DNA of 64,000 nt from assembly GCF_036321535.1 (NCBI RefSeq), contig NC_087436.1, forward strand, positions 116,376,001-116,440,000, given 5' to 3'. The position numbers and the translations under genes are program-made. Below are positions 13,705 to 27,330 of this stretch, one piece after another. Source of the DNA: Camelus dromedarius (lineage: Eukaryota). The notes under the pieces are model-generated. The model ran no database searches. It had not been told where the DNA came from and saw nothing but the letters and a program-made list of their open reading frames with translations. Position 1 is the first letter of the stretch. Every line of letters begins with the position of its first letter.

Positions 13705-14820
13705 GATACATAAATAACTCCCACAAATCAATAACGTAGAAACAGCCCAATAGAAAAATCAAACATGAAAGTTATAGACAAAGGTTGCAAAAGGAGTAAA
13801 CGGAGAGCTATTCTAGTCCAGTGAAATGCGTATTAAAACAACAAGATACTATTCCTTACCTAATAGTTTGGCAAAAATGGAAAGTTTAATAATAGCCATT
13901 TTTTAGCAAGGGGTTGGGGAACAGAGCCTCTCTTACATTGTGGTGGAAATGTACCAACGTGCAGAGCCCATTCAGAGGTTAGAATGGCATTTATGATTCT
14001 ATGTATGTATCCCAGAGAAACACTTTGAGACCTAGCAAATCAGGCATAAAGACCATCATTGTGGCATTGCGTGGAATAGCAAAGCATCAGGCAACTATCT
14101 AATAACGTCTATTAATAAGGGAGTCCCGGTCTCTAAAAAAACAAGGTCAATCTGTATTAACGTGTAAAGCTCCCACAGACATAATGTTAAGTGAGAGAAA
14201 CAGCATGGTTTCAACTGGTAACAACAATCACAACAAGTCACGATCAAAAAAATCCTGCGGATACTATATGAGATCGCTCATATGTGGAATCTAAAAAACA
14301 AACAAACAAACAAACAAACAAAAACAAAGCATAAATACAGGACAGAAATAGACTCATAGACAGAGAATACAGACTTGTGGTTGCCAGGAGGGCGGAGGGT
14401 GGGAAGGGATAGACTGGGATTTTAAAATTGTAGAATAGATAAACAAGATTATACTGTATAGCACAGGGAAATTTACACAAAACATTATGGTAACTAACAG
14501 AGAAAAAAATGTGACAATGAGGGTGTATATGTCCATGTATGACTGAAAAATTGTGCTGAACACTGGAATTTAACACATTGTAAAATGATTATAAATCAAT
14601 AAAAAAAAAGTTAAAAAAAATCTTGCAGAAAACAAACAAACAAACAAACAAACAAAAAACAAAAAAAAACCACTATGTACATAAAGGCTTTTAAAACCAG
14701 GCTGGAAAGATCAAGAGTCATTACATTTACAGGGTAGCTTGTAATTACCTGCGGAGAAAGGAGGGGTCTGAGGCCAGCGGTTAAAAAGGTCTCAGTTTGT
14801 CTGGAGTGTTTGAATGAAAT
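13705..14820 (+). mobile_element. old L1ME-like 3' region, interrupted at 14262-14613
   Basis: GTGAAATGCGTATTAAAACAAC, TATCCCAGAGAAAC, ACATAATGTTAAGTGA; resumes after about 14670. Confidence 0.65.
14262..14613 (+). mobile_element. young L1 3' end (camelid-type) with TSD
   Basis: CTCATATGTGGAATCT..ACATTGTAAAATGATTATAAATCAATAAAA; flanked by AAAAAAATCCTGCGGA and AAAAAAATCTTGCAGA. Confidence 0.92.
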
Positions 14821-15789
14821 TCACTGGACTGACCATGTTGCAAAAGACTGAAAAGTCGCATAATTTAAAGAAATGGGTATATGAATGAGTTGGAGAAACA
14901 AGCATACACATTCCCACATACAGTTCTTAAGGGCATCATGTGAAACTTCTAACAGCCGCTTATATTAACATTAAACTGATCTATTTTAAAAACATTAATC
15001 TTAGAAAGTGTGATTAGAGACCTGAAGAAGAACAAAAGAAAGCAAATGTAACATTTGCATATCACCTGTGTTTGTGAACATGGAGTACAAAATAGCATTT
15101 TCAAAAAAATAATAAGACAACAGCCATCTGGCTAGTTCGCTGTAATATTCTGCATGCTTATATTAGTTGTCATAAGTATAACAATCTTTTTATCTCTATC
15201 CGAGATGTCAGTTGCTTAAAAAATTAAATAAGAGAATCGGGATGCTAGAACATCAATGCTAAGATGGATTTTACCTACTTCATAACAATTTCATAGATAA
15301 ATAAATAGTACTCTAAAGTGTAAGCTAAGGAATTCTGATTGCAGGCAACAGTAACCAACACTGGTTAAGAAAGTGGCTCACAGAAGGACAGGAATAAATG
15401 AGAAACCAGATTCAGAAGAAGGACTTAGGTAAGGATCCAGGTAACTGTGCTACAGTAGTGGGTATCACATACTAGATGATAACTTTAGGAAGCTATTTAA
15501 ATAATGCACATGTGTTGAGTTCCTGCACTATTCTCAATGCTATATGAAGCCCTTTGACTATATTCACTCATTGATTTTCTCCCAATAATTATTATTATGT
15601 CCATTTTACAGATCAAGAAACCATCAGTGAATAAGACAGAATTGGGAGGCAAGCCAAGCAGTCATATTCCAGGAGACACACTTTTAATTTCCATAAGATT
15701 CTGCCCTTATTATGTGATCAGTAAAGCCTGTGTAGAGTTGCTCCTGGGTAGCTGAGCTATGACTGCATATTCAAGCCCACTCCTGTATC

Positions 15790-16095
15790 CTCTGTTCAGT
15801 GAACTAGACAATCCCCCCACCAAAAAAAAGTGATGTCTGCTACTTCCAGACCACACCCATCAAAACTTTATGCATGTTCTTTTATGATCTCTCTTCCCCC
15901 GCCTGCCTGGAGGACACCTATGTCTTGAATGACCTTGGAAGCTACATGCTGACAACCAGAGTCTGTACCAGCCTGGGTCACTAAGATGGCCACCCCTCCC
16001 CATCATCCTTTATCCATATTATTACATTCTCCTCAGGATAAAGCACTGAGATTTCAAAATTTATCTACTGTAACAACTACTATAATTAATATATC
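15790..16095 (+). mobile_element. MaLR LTR fragment (MLT1J-like)
   Basis: TGATGTCTGCTACTTCCAGAC..GACCTTGGAAGCTACATG..AGCCTGGGTC..AAGCACTGAGATTT. Confidence 0.6.
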
Positions 16096-18299
16096 CAGAC
16101 ATGTAAACTGTACTAGAAACACACAGAAGAGAGATTGAATGTCTGAACAAATCTTTCTAGTGGAGGTGATGTCTGAAATTAAACTAGGAAAACAATTAAA
16201 ATTTTCTTGAAAATGTCCCCCAAACCTAGTTGTATTTTAGAAAGAACTGGGTTTTGTGTGTATTCAAGAACTCTTAAGTGCTGGGATTTCCCAGGATATC
16301 CAGAACTCATGCACCCATGGAAAAGACCAAAGCTGCAAATGAGTGATTTCTCCATCTGCTGTATCATATTCTGATCCAACTGGGTTCGATTCAATATGCT
16401 TTCCTGGGCACCGCTCTTTGCTCAGGGTTCTGTGTTAAAGCCAATGGAAAAAACAAACAAACAAAACAAAGCAAAACAAAGCAAAACAAAGATGTGAAAT
16501 TCACAGTTGTTGTTTTTCTTTCCTCTCAAGGAGTTTCCATCTAAGGATAGAAGGGTGGACTTGGTCTTGAAGCAGGTAATGAGCGATGGTGTTAGGGTCT
16601 TTCAAGTGCTCCTTCATGGTCATTATCACATGAATTAGAATGTAACTGAATGAACAAGAGCCAAATAACATTTCAAGTGCCCCGATATCAGAGTGATTTT
16701 GGAGAGAGAATCTCAATTCATCACCTCATTGACTGCTTCCCTTGAAATTGTAACTTGTCTATAAAGAATAGATTCAATCACTTTGCATCGACTGTCAATA
16801 TATACTAAGTGCATTTACATATATCACACTAGATAAGCCGCAAGATGAATTTCTGACACTGGTGTTATTATAAGCATTTAAAAGTGGCCCCAGAGGCTCA
16901 GAGTGAGGCTGCTTTCCTGAATCTTCCCCGGACAGAAAGAGACAGAGTGGAGGTGTACACGCAGGGCTCCACCTATACTTCTAGAGCTGTGTCTGCTCCC
17001 CAACAGGCTGTCATCCCACCCTCTTCCCCATTTCTTTCCCTGAGCAATTTCCGGTTTTTATTTTCCCTCTTCCAAACAGCCACTTCCCTACTCAGCCTCC
17101 CTTTCTTGAAATGGAAGTCTCAAGCTGCGTGCTCACCTCGCTCTGCTTCCACAGACCTGGGAGGGAGGGCAGGAGAAAACAGAAAATAGCTCAGCAGATG
17201 TTTCCGGATAAATTTCTTTTTTTAAGTGCAAGTTGCTAATGTGGAGGTTTATTTTAGGGCCTGCCAGTATTAGCAGATGTTTGAAAAGACATGTACCTGC
17301 TTAGACAATTATACATAGAAATTGATAGCAGGTCTGCATAGGGAGTCAATCTTTAAAAAACAGTGATATAATAGGATGTCTTATGTGGATTCAGCAAACT
17401 TATCCTAGGTTGGTTCTTGGGGACTGATTTAGACCCTATATTTATTCCTGAACTTTTGTACTTGCAAAAATGGGGCCATACAAAAGGGGGAATAGAAATA
17501 GTCTGTGCCTACAGACACAGCCTAGAGAATATAGAGACCACAACGCCTAGAAACTCTGACACTCAGGCACCAGAGCTCTGATTAATTGCAGCTATGTTGT
17601 TGGACATAAATATTTACACTTCATTTCTCATTAAAATTCTGATTCTTAAAATATTAAACCCAAACCTCTGATTGCTGGATAATTAGTGGCAAAATAATGC
17701 ATCAAGATTTTCAGGAAATTGAAGGTATGCAATTCATACACTGAGTATCCTCATTGTGGGGAAAGCGTGTGCCCAGCAATTCCGTTCAGTAAACATTTAC
17801 TACACATTTACCTATGGGTAAGGAATTTAAGCATTGGGATTCAGAGATAAGTAAGATGCAGCTCCAGCTCCTTGGCAACTTAAACCTCATGGTATATTGT
17901 CAAAAAGTGGATAGATCCCATAGGCCTCAGGGGAAAATTTCCCTCTATATGGAAAAAAGTTGCAAGTATAAACTTGAGACCAGCTTAAGGCCTTCCTGGG
18001 CCAACGCAGGGAAAGTGTACTAGAAAAATGGTCCTTTGAAAACCATGAGAATGGTAAAGGGAGGTCCCATGAAGGTTTGATGTGATCTTCTCCAAGATCA
18101 GATGATGATTTGGGCAATGAGGTACTTTTGTTGGTACTAAGGACCAGAGGAGTTTGCTCTCCAATGGGTGCCCGTAGCTGAGGCTCCTACTTTGACAGAA
18201 ACCTGTTTATAGTTACAGCTGACATTCTTTCCTGGACTTGTATCATTCCTCTGGGTCTACTGGTAATCTTCCAGAAGCATTATAGCCCTATATCCTGAA

Positions 18300-18830
18300 T
18301 GTGCAAGTCTTCCTTAATCAAGTGATCATATCACTCTTCCATGGCTTAAAACACCTTAGCATTTACCCTTGCTGGTAGGCTGGATTCTATCAAAGCTCTC
18401 CACCATCTGGCTTCTCCCTCCATCCCCAGTCTCATCTCTAGTGACTACCCCCTGACAATACTATCCTTCTAAGAGGTACCCAGATGTGCCAAGCTACTTT
18501 TAAATCCCACGTTTTGCAGATAATCTCCTTCTATCTGAAAAGCATTTGCTCTGGAGTTTTGCTTCAGAGCAATAAACTGGACATTATTACAAACCATGCT
18601 CTGGTGTCTCCAGGTTTGGGATGACTTTCTTGACCTATTCTTCTTCTTTCCAGGTTCCAGGTACTTATTTTTGCTATTGTTATTATCCTACAGCATTGCC
18701 ATTATAGAGTTGCACACCTTCCCACAAACTAGCTGTGACCTCCACAAGGGTAGGGTCATATAACACTCATCTCTGCAGCTCCTTCCCCAGCATGTACCTT
18801 GGCACACAATGAAAGCTCACAACCTGTCCT
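18300..18830 (+). mobile_element. L2 fragment
   Basis: GATCATATCACTC..GCTTAAAAC, CTAGCTGTGACCTCCACAAGGGTAGGG..TGGCACACA. Confidence 0.65.
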
Positions 18831-18839
18831 TTGTGTTAC

Positions 18840-19400
18840 TGCATCAGTCTGAATGCCTCCTTTTGAAGCAGCAGAGTTCAAATTAGCTTAAATGCCAAAA
18901 GGAGTATATTGGGTCACATGAGTGGGAAGCACTAGGGTGGCAATTGACTCAGGCATGCCTGCATCTGGGGACTCACGCTGTCAGAACTTGACATATCTTG
19001 TCTTTGGTTCTTCTTGTTTCTGAGAACTGGCTTTATTCACTCACAATTCAAATGAGCTTTTGCCAACTAGTGGCTGCCTGACTTTATAAACTAAAAGAAA
19101 AGAGAGAACATCTTTCTCCAGTGGCCAAATATAAATTCCCGGGGAAGGATTTTGATTGGCCAGGACTGGATCTCATGCTCACTCTTGTGGAACTCTCTGA
19201 GGTTAGGAGGATAGGGTACTGTGTTTGGGGGCAGGTCTAGGTGAGTGAACTGCTCACCCCAATAGCTACAGGGAGCCCCACTGTCAGTTTCACCTAAACC
19301 ACACAAGAATGGGGCAGGGCAAAGAAAGAAAGGTAATGAGAGGGACAAAAAGAAGTAGAGAACAATCTTCACCAGAAAGAAATAACAACAGTTTTCTAAC
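18840..19400 (-). mobile_element. MaLR LTR (MLT1K-like)
   Basis: AATTAGCTTAAA..GGTCACATGAGTGGGAAG..TCAGGCATG..TGATTGGCCAGG..GGATCTCATGCTCA. Confidence 0.7.
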
Positions 19401-20609
19401 ACCTGCTATCACTGCCCTTAGCAGAGTGTGTGACACATTCACTCACTGAATGAATTGGTCAAAACGTGGGTTCACATTTATTCATTTTTCTCATCCTATC
19501 AGTGACTTCTATGATTCCATAGAAAGAATCTGGCCCTGTGTGTCTTGTGTTTGCAAGTTTATTTCTTATTTCTTTGTTCAACACCTAGGCACTCTTCAAG
19601 CTCACAATGAACTGTGTTCATTTTCCAACATAAAAATTTTATTTATATTAAGAGAGTCTCAATCCAGCAATCCAGATGGGCTACTTTTAGACGTCTGCCC
19701 ACAAGCACATCATCAATCTGTTTCCTACAAAGTGTTGTTTGCTGTGATAATCTCACCTCCATCAAATGTTCCTATCTTTAACTCCTTGTTATTAGAGTTG
19801 TGTAGAGGAAACTCAGGAAAGATAAGGCCATAGGCTGAGGAATCTTGGCAGTACGACGCAGTAGAAAGACAACATGTCTGGGAAATCTCTGCATGGCTTT
19901 AAGTATATCTTTGCTACTAACTCACTTTGGACATGTCACTTCACCTCTCTCAGCCATTATTGTTTCCATAAAAAAGATTAAATTAGGAGACTTATTAGTG
20001 TCTTACAGCATTAATTCTCTATAAATTTATGAAAGATTCTTATGACAAGAACAGTATTTGGGCAACCATGGCTCTGTGACAACCATTAGAACCCAGAACC
20101 TTGCACATTCAGCATTCATCAAGACTAACTTGGCATTCATCCAGTGAATACATAATTTAGCTTTGTGCTTTGTGTTAGACCAAATTATCTGACTTCAATT
20201 AAATTTCCAAACAATATGTTTTACCCTAGTGTCCTTAACTCTTGTATGCCCTTCTCAAAAATCTGATGTGTTCTTCTCCAAAAGTTTTTTTTTTTTTTTT
20301 TTTCCTTCTGTAGCCTTACTTACACAGTTTGGTCCACCAAGAAAGTCTCCTTCCCCACTTTGAGCTGTTCATATCCTACCTATTCCAGAAGATCCACGAA
20401 AAGTGTACCAGCTCTGTGAAGCTTCCCTGTTGTCCAGCTCACCTCCTTCCATCAGAATACTTCTCACTCTTTCCCACTGATCTCTTACAGCCCTTTCTCA
20501 ATGTCTTCAAATAACCACGGACATATTCCACCTTGTGTTACAGTCAATTGGGGAGTCACCTCATCTTTCCCTCTGGAATGCAAGCGCCTTCTCATTAGGA
20601 TAGGATGTT

Positions 20610-20820
20610 CTGTGTAGTTGAGCATAAGTGGATTTTGCAGCAAGACAAGCCATAATCAAATCCCAGCACCTGTGCCTAGTCCTTTAAAGAATCACTTAAT
20701 TCCTGTAATCATCAGACTCCTTATCAGTAAAAGTAGTAACTACTGGGATGTCAGAAAGACAAACAGATTATTTAAGCAAAAGCACTTAGTACTGTGCTTT
20801 GAGGATGGGGAAAAATTGTT
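20610..20820 (+). mobile_element. MIR
   Basis: TCAAATCCCAGCAC..TCACTTAA..AAAGCACTTAGTACTGTGC. Confidence 0.7.
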
Positions 20821-21990
20821 TCACTTACTTTAACTCGTAAGAGCTATTGAAGTCCTTCCTCTTTACAGCATTTTGAGCTCAGTTCAAATTCCTCACTAGG
20901 GCTCACAGGGGTGGGCATAATCTGTCTCTTGCTTCTCCTGTTTGACCTCATTTGTTTTGTTGTTGGTTTTTTTTTTTTTACTAGCTTTATTGAGATATAA
21001 CTGACATACAGTAAATCACATTTATTTAGATGTATAATTTGTTTAGTTCTTATGTATGTATGAAACCTACACCACAATCATAACACTGAAGCATTTATGA
21101 TCTCCAGTTTCCTTTGGCTCCTTTGTAATTCTTTTTCCAACATTTACCCTTCTATGCCTTCTGCCCCGTATTCAGGTAGCCACTAATCTGCTTTCTATCA
21201 CTGTTCATTAATTTGCATTTCCTAGAATTTTATGTAAATAGAATTATCCAGTATGTATTCATTTTTGGTCTGTATTTTCTACTTCCACTCAGCATAGTTA
21301 TTTTGAACTTATCCCTATTGCAGAATATATCAATAGTTCATCACTTTTTATTACTGAGTATGATCCTATTATATAAATATGCCAATTTGTTGATGGACTT
21401 TGGATCATTTCCAGTTTTTAACTATTGCAGATAAAGCCGCTATGGGCATTCCTGTACATGTGTTTATGTAGACGTATACTTTCACTTCTTTTGGCTGAGT
21501 GTGCAGTACAGGAATGACTGGGTCATGTTTAACTTTTCAAGAAACTGTCAAACTGTTTCCAAAGTGGTTGTTCCACTTTTACATTCCCACCAGTAATGCG
21601 TGAGAGTTCCAAGTCAACACTTGAGATTATCAATCTTTTTTTAATTTTAGAAACTTTGAAATATGTATAGTGGTGTCCCATAGTGGTTTTATTTGCATTG
21701 CCTAGGGACTAACGATGTTGAGCGTCTTTTCATATGCTTATGTACTTGCCATATGTCTTCTTTGGCAAAATGTCTTTCCAGTCTTTTACCATTTTTAAAA
21801 AATGGGTTGTTTTTATATTACTGAGTATTAGGAGCTCTTTATATATATAAAATACACATTTTTATCAGGTATTTGCTTTGCAAGAAAGTTCCCAGTCTTT
21901 GGTTTGCCTTATTTCCTCATCAGTATTTTTCAAAGAGGAGATTTTACCTCTGATTAATTTCAATTTATCAAATTGTTCTTTAATGGATTA

Positions 21991-22181
21991 CAAATGTCCC
22001 TCAGTATCAGTGGCAGATTGGTTCTAGGACCCGTGGCAGATACCAAAATCCATGGATGCTCAAGTCCCATAGTCAGCCCTTCTTACCTGTGGATTCTGTA
22101 CTTTAACATACTGAGGGCTGAAAAAAACCAGTGTGTTAGTGGATCATACAGATTGATCTTGCATTGTTCAAGGGTCAGCTG
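21991..22181. mobile_element. Tc1/mariner Tigger-type MITE with TA TSDs
   Basis: TA|CAAATGTCCCTCAGTATC..GATTGGTTCTAGGACCC..GATACCAAAATCCATGGATGCTCAAGTCCC ... TTGTTCAAGGGTCAGCTG|TA. Confidence 0.85.
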
Positions 22182-23255
22182 TATAATTTAAACAAAGTAT
22201 CCAAAAGCTTTGCATAACCTAAGATTATAAAGGATTTATTTCATCTTTTCTTTTAGAAATTTTATAGGTGTATGTTTTATATTTAGGTATATGATATACT
22301 TTGATTTAATTTTTGTATATAATATGAAGTATTGATTGAAGGCCTTTTTTATGTATGTATATTTAAATTTTCCAGTACTATATTTTGAAAACTTCTTTTT
22401 CTCCATTGAACTGGTTTTGCAACTTTGTAAAACAAAAATGTGTAGCTCTATTTATGAACTATTTATTCTGTCCCATTGATCTATTCATCAAACTTTATAC
22501 ACACCTACACTTTAGCTTTATAATAAGAACTGGATAAATTTTGAAATAAAATATTGTTTGCCTTCCAACTTTGTTCTTATTTTTCAAAACTTTTGCTATT
22601 TTAGGTTGTTTGCATTTCCATATAAATTTTGGAATCTATTTGTCAATTTCTACAAAAAATATATCTTGCCATATTGGTTAATATTATAATAAATACATAG
22701 AACAAGTTATGAAGCATCATTTGTATTAATATGAATTTCCTTACACATGAGCATGGCGTATCTCCCCAGTTAGTTGGGTCTTCTTTTATTTCTGACAGCA
22801 GAATTTTGTAGCTTCTGATGTACAAATTTGTATCATTCCTTGCTAAGATAAAGAACTACAATTAATTTTTGTAGACTGACCTTGTGTCCTGCAAACTTGC
22901 TAAACTCACTTATTAATTTTTGTAGATTTTTAAAATTTCTACATAGATAAGCATATAATCAACAAATAAAAAATTACTTAATTTAATTTTATTTAAATTT
23001 AAATGCTTTATTTCCTTATGTGGTAGCAAGGACTAAACTTTGAGTACAATGTTGAATAGAAATGGCAAGATTGTGCACGAGAATGGTATTCTCAGTTGTA
23101 GGGAGAAAAGCATTCAGACTTTCACCATTAAGTATGATACTAGATGCAGATTTTTTTAAAAGATGCATTTTGTCAGGTTAAGGACAATCCCTTCTAATCC
23201 CAATTTTATGAGTGTTGTTAAAAAGAATGAATATTGGATTTTATCAATTTTTTCC

Positions 23256-23384
23256 AAGTCTGTGAATCTGTTTCTATTTTGTAAATAAAATAAGTTTGTC
23301 ATATTTTTAGAATCCACATATAAGTAATATCACACGGTATTACTAACACAACATTGTAAATCAATCATACTTCAAGTAAAAAAA
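23256..23384 (+). mobile_element. tiny 5'-inverted L1 insertion
   Basis: 23256-23340 is antisense L1 3' UTR; 23342-23384 is the sense terminus CTAACACAACATTGTAAATCAATCATACTTCAA plus A-run. Confidence 0.8.
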
Positions 23385-23856
23385 TTTTTGCACATATTGA
23401 TATGCCCATAGATTTTTTCTTTTGGTTTGTGAATATGGTAAATTATATTGACTGATTTTCAAATATTAAACGAATTTTGTATTCCTAGGATAAAGCCCTT
23501 TATTCATAATACATTATCTTTTTTTGTGCTCTTGGTTTTGATTTTCTAACATTGGTTTAGAATTTTTGTTTCTTTATTTGAGAGTGATATTGTTCTGTAG
23601 TTTCATATTTTCATAATTTGCTTAACTGGACTGGTTATCGGTATAATGCTGGCCTCAAACAATGAATTGGGAAGTATTCTCATCTCTTCAATTTTCTAGA
23701 AGACTTTGTGTAGAATTGTTCTTATTTCTTCATTCAACATTTGGTGGAATTCAGCAGTGAAGTCATATGGGCCTGGGAGTCTTTGTAGATTTTTCAGTAA
23801 AATTAAATCTCTTAAATAGATGTGAGGGTATTCAGGCTATCTACTTTTTTAATTCT

Positions 23857-24198
23857 GATTTTTTATTGAAGTGTACTCAATTTACAGTGTTAGTTTCAGG
23901 TGTACAGCTAAGTGATTCAGTTATACATATACATACATACATGTATATATTTTCAGATTCTTTTCCATTATGGCTCATTAGAAAAAATTGAATATTGTTC
24001 CCTGTGCTATACAGTAGGTCCTTGTTTAACTGTTTTTTATATAATAATATGTATCTGTTAATCCCAAACTCGTAAGCCATCCCTCCTCTCTCTTTCCCTC
24101 ATGGTAACCCCTTTGTCTGTCAGTCTATTTCTGGTTTCTAAATAAAATTTGTATTTTTTTTCTAAGTTCCACATGTAAGCACCATCGTATGATACTTT
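23857..24198 (-). mobile_element. cetartiodactyl-type L1 3' end
   Basis: TTTATTGAAGTGTA..GTTAGTTTCAGGTGTACAGC..TGATTCAGTTATACATATA..CCCTGTGCTATACAGTAGGTCCTTG. Confidence 0.9.
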
Positions 24199-26376
24199 GA
24201 GTACATTTTAATTTGTGTCTTCCAAGGAATTTTTCTATTTCATACAGTTTATCAATCTAAACACACAAACTTATTTAAAACACCCCCTTATTATCTTTTT
24301 ACTATCTGTAGTGACATAACCTCTATTATTACTGATTTTTTCTACTTTATAGATTTCCATTCTAATAATTTTTTTCTATTTTATTGTCTTTTTAATCTTT
24401 ACTAATAATTACCATCTCTTTTCTGTTTTCTTTTATTTTAATTTTGTTTTTATTTTTTGATGTGGAAGCTGAAGTATTTAATTCGAGACAATTTTTCATC
24501 GTGTGAATTTTGTGTCACAAATCTCACCCTAAATTCTGCTTTAGTAGCATCCTAAGATTTTGATATGTAATTGTATTTTTCATTCGGTTCAGAATACTTT
24601 CTTATTTCTTCTTTGATTCATTTGTGTTAGTTGATATATTTCATTTGATACAATACATACAATTCATTGATACATTTGTGTTTGTTTTCAAAAAAGTTGG
24701 CAGATTTCCAGATATCTTTATGTTATTAATTTCTATTATAATTCCATTGTGATCAGAAAACAAATTTCATGTAACTTTCATCCTTTTACATTTATTGAGA
24801 CTTACTTTATGACCCACAGTGTTAGCTCTCCTGTTGAATTTTCTGTGGACAAGGATATGAGAGTGTGTGTCTGTGTGTGTGTATTCTATAAATGTCAATT
24901 AGATTGAGTCATTCAATAGTATTCAAATCTTATATATCCTTGTTGTCTATTTACTTGTTGAAAAAGCAGTTTTGATTTTTATGACTAAAATTTTAGATTT
25001 CTCTATTTCTTTTACGGTTTTATCAATTTTTGCTTCATGTATTATGAAATTCTGTTCTATGGTGAATAAATATTCAATATTATTATTTCTTCTTGATAAA
25101 TTAACCTTTTTATCATTATCTTTACTCTGAAATCCACTTCGATATTAATTTAGCCATCTAGCTTTTTTTGGTTAGTGTTTGCTGGGCATACCTTTTTCTA
25201 CCCTTCTGCTTTTAATTTATTTGTGTTTTCATATTTCAAGTGCATTTTTTTGTAGGAGGGTATGGTTGGGCTTTGCATCCCTCTGCCCCAAAATGACAAC
25301 CTCTGCCTTTTCATTGGGATCTTTAGACTACTTACATTTAATATGATTATTGATATGTTCAGATTTCAGTCTGTCATCTTGCTATTTGGTTTCTATTTGT
25401 GTGAGTTGTACTCTGTCTCCTTTTTCTGATTTCTTTTGGACTAACTGAATGCATTTATAACTTCATTTATATTCATTGTTGGTTTATCACCTGCACATCT
25501 GTGTTATTTAAATTATTGTTTTAGGCTTTATAGCATACATTTTAAAGTTATCACAGTCCACTTTCTAGTGATTATTGTACCACATCAGGTGCATATAAGA
25601 AATCTAGCCAAGTAAATTTTAATGGGTTCTTTACTATTTTTGCCACATAATTTACTTTCACTGAGGAGGAGGACTTCTCCTCAATTTTGGGCTTATGGAA
25701 GTTTCTTTTCCCACCTCTCCCAGGAATTGGGCTGCCTGAAGTTGTCAATAACAGAGTTCTCATAGCAAGAAAGATGGAAAGTACATAGTTAGGGAGGTTA
25801 CCACACACTATTTTATTAGGAAGTGGGTGTACAATTCAAACATTTAAATGGACTTATTTTGGTTCGTCTAGATAATCTCTCAACTTATTCAAATATTTGC
25901 CAGAGTGTGAGGCAAACCATCTGATATCGGCTGAGTTAAACATAAGGTTTTTAGCTAGCGTTTCCAGTTTTTCACTTTGTATAACATCTCCAAGTCTCGG
26001 CCTTCTTTCCTGGTCTCTTGCCCGCCACGCTGATGTGCGTTGTCAACTGAAAATACTGTTTCCACAAATTTCCAACAAGCTGGCAATGGGGTTTCTGAAG
26101 TAGAAACATATTTCATGTTTTCTGTTTAAAAATGGAAATTTAATCACAGTACATTTCTTGTCATGATACACCCATTCAAAAATATTTACAGCTGATTCTA
26201 TTTACAGTGAGTCCACAAATCTTACCAAATATTTTGATCAAAAGGATGGCGCTGTGCTTAATTCATCTTTTGCACAACCGTCCACTCACAATTAAAATTA
26301 TATCATTTCACTCTGGGGTTTTGAAGGAGTCGAAGCTGAATGTGAAGAAATTAATTTACTTCATCAAAGTCATAGG

Positions 26377-26584
26377 TAGGGGTGTCCTGGGGTCCACTTA
26401 TATCAGTTTATGAGAGCCAAATGTGGGCACCTGCTCCTAACCACACTGTCAGTGATGTCAGATTGATAGATTGAACTTGGCTATCATGGGAGTATTTACA
26501 CTATAGACACTGGCAAAATGCTACAATTCAGGGCTTTTTCTTTTCTGGAATGCTAGTTGTTAAACATTTGCCAGCATGCCACAT
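26377..26584. mobile_element. MER63A-like hAT-Blackjack MITE inside a MIR
   Basis: TCAGTGATGTCA..GGGAGTATTTACAC..GCTACAATTCAGGGC..GTTGTTAAACATTTGCCAGCATGCCAC. Confidence 0.8.
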
Positions 26585-26829
26585 AATTAGCAAAATACAG
26601 AGCAAGATCTAGGATAGTAGAATTGAAAGAATTAAGAATTATAGAGTCATATGCTAGTAGAAGTCATTATTATAAATGCATATTTTCCTTATCATTATTA
26701 ACATCTCCTGACTCAGAGTCCAGTCTTTTATTTCTACTACATTGTGACAGCTTCCATAACTTATTTATATCTACCTTTTCCCTCAATTTGATGGCATCAT
26801 GTGCATCTGAATAAAATTGGGTTTGACAC

Positions 26830-27330
26830 TGTTTTAGTCAGGGTTTTGGTAGTGAATGACAAAAAAAAAGAATAACTCTGATGTAGGGAGAAAAGGAACT
26901 TATTATAAAGATATGCAATCTCTCATTGGATCGGGAGAGAACAAGACGTGGAGAATGGCTACAACCCAAGGGGTCTGGCAGTAGTAACCTGAGTCAAGGT
27001 CATGCTTACAGGACTGTCTGATTATGACTTTGCATCTGTGCCATGACCTCAGTTGCTATGAAACACCATGACTAGTCTATGAATCAGTTACTTTCTCCAT
27101 AATCAATCCCTCGTTGCCCTAATAACACAATATTTAAATCTGGTAGAACCATCTGCTTGGTGGAGACTGAACCATGTTGCTTTAGGTAAATTATAAGAGC
27201 CTTACTTTGCCTCAACTTCCACAGCAAGAGATGGGAAATAGCCTCCTACAAATACAGTCCCCAGTGACAAACTCACCCCAAAATAGGAATGAGATTTGGT
27301 TGCCTCATGGTAAAAGTGGAAACAAAAACA
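26830..27330 (-). mobile_element. old MaLR LTR (MLT1L/M/O-like)
   Basis: TGTTTTAGTCAGGGTTTTGGT..AAAAGGAACTTATTATAAAGATAT. Confidence 0.45.

Larger units (their letters stand above)
20965..25610 (-). mobile_element. old L1M (L1MB7/8-like 3' end), about 4.6 kb, with three nested insertions
   Basis: AGCTTTATTGAGATATAA..CCACTAATCTGCTTTCT..TAGAATTTTATGTAAAT; ORF2 antisense ACATTCCCACCAG, AGTACAATGTTGAATAGA, TTGGTGGAATTCAGCAGTGAAG. Confidence 0.88.
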
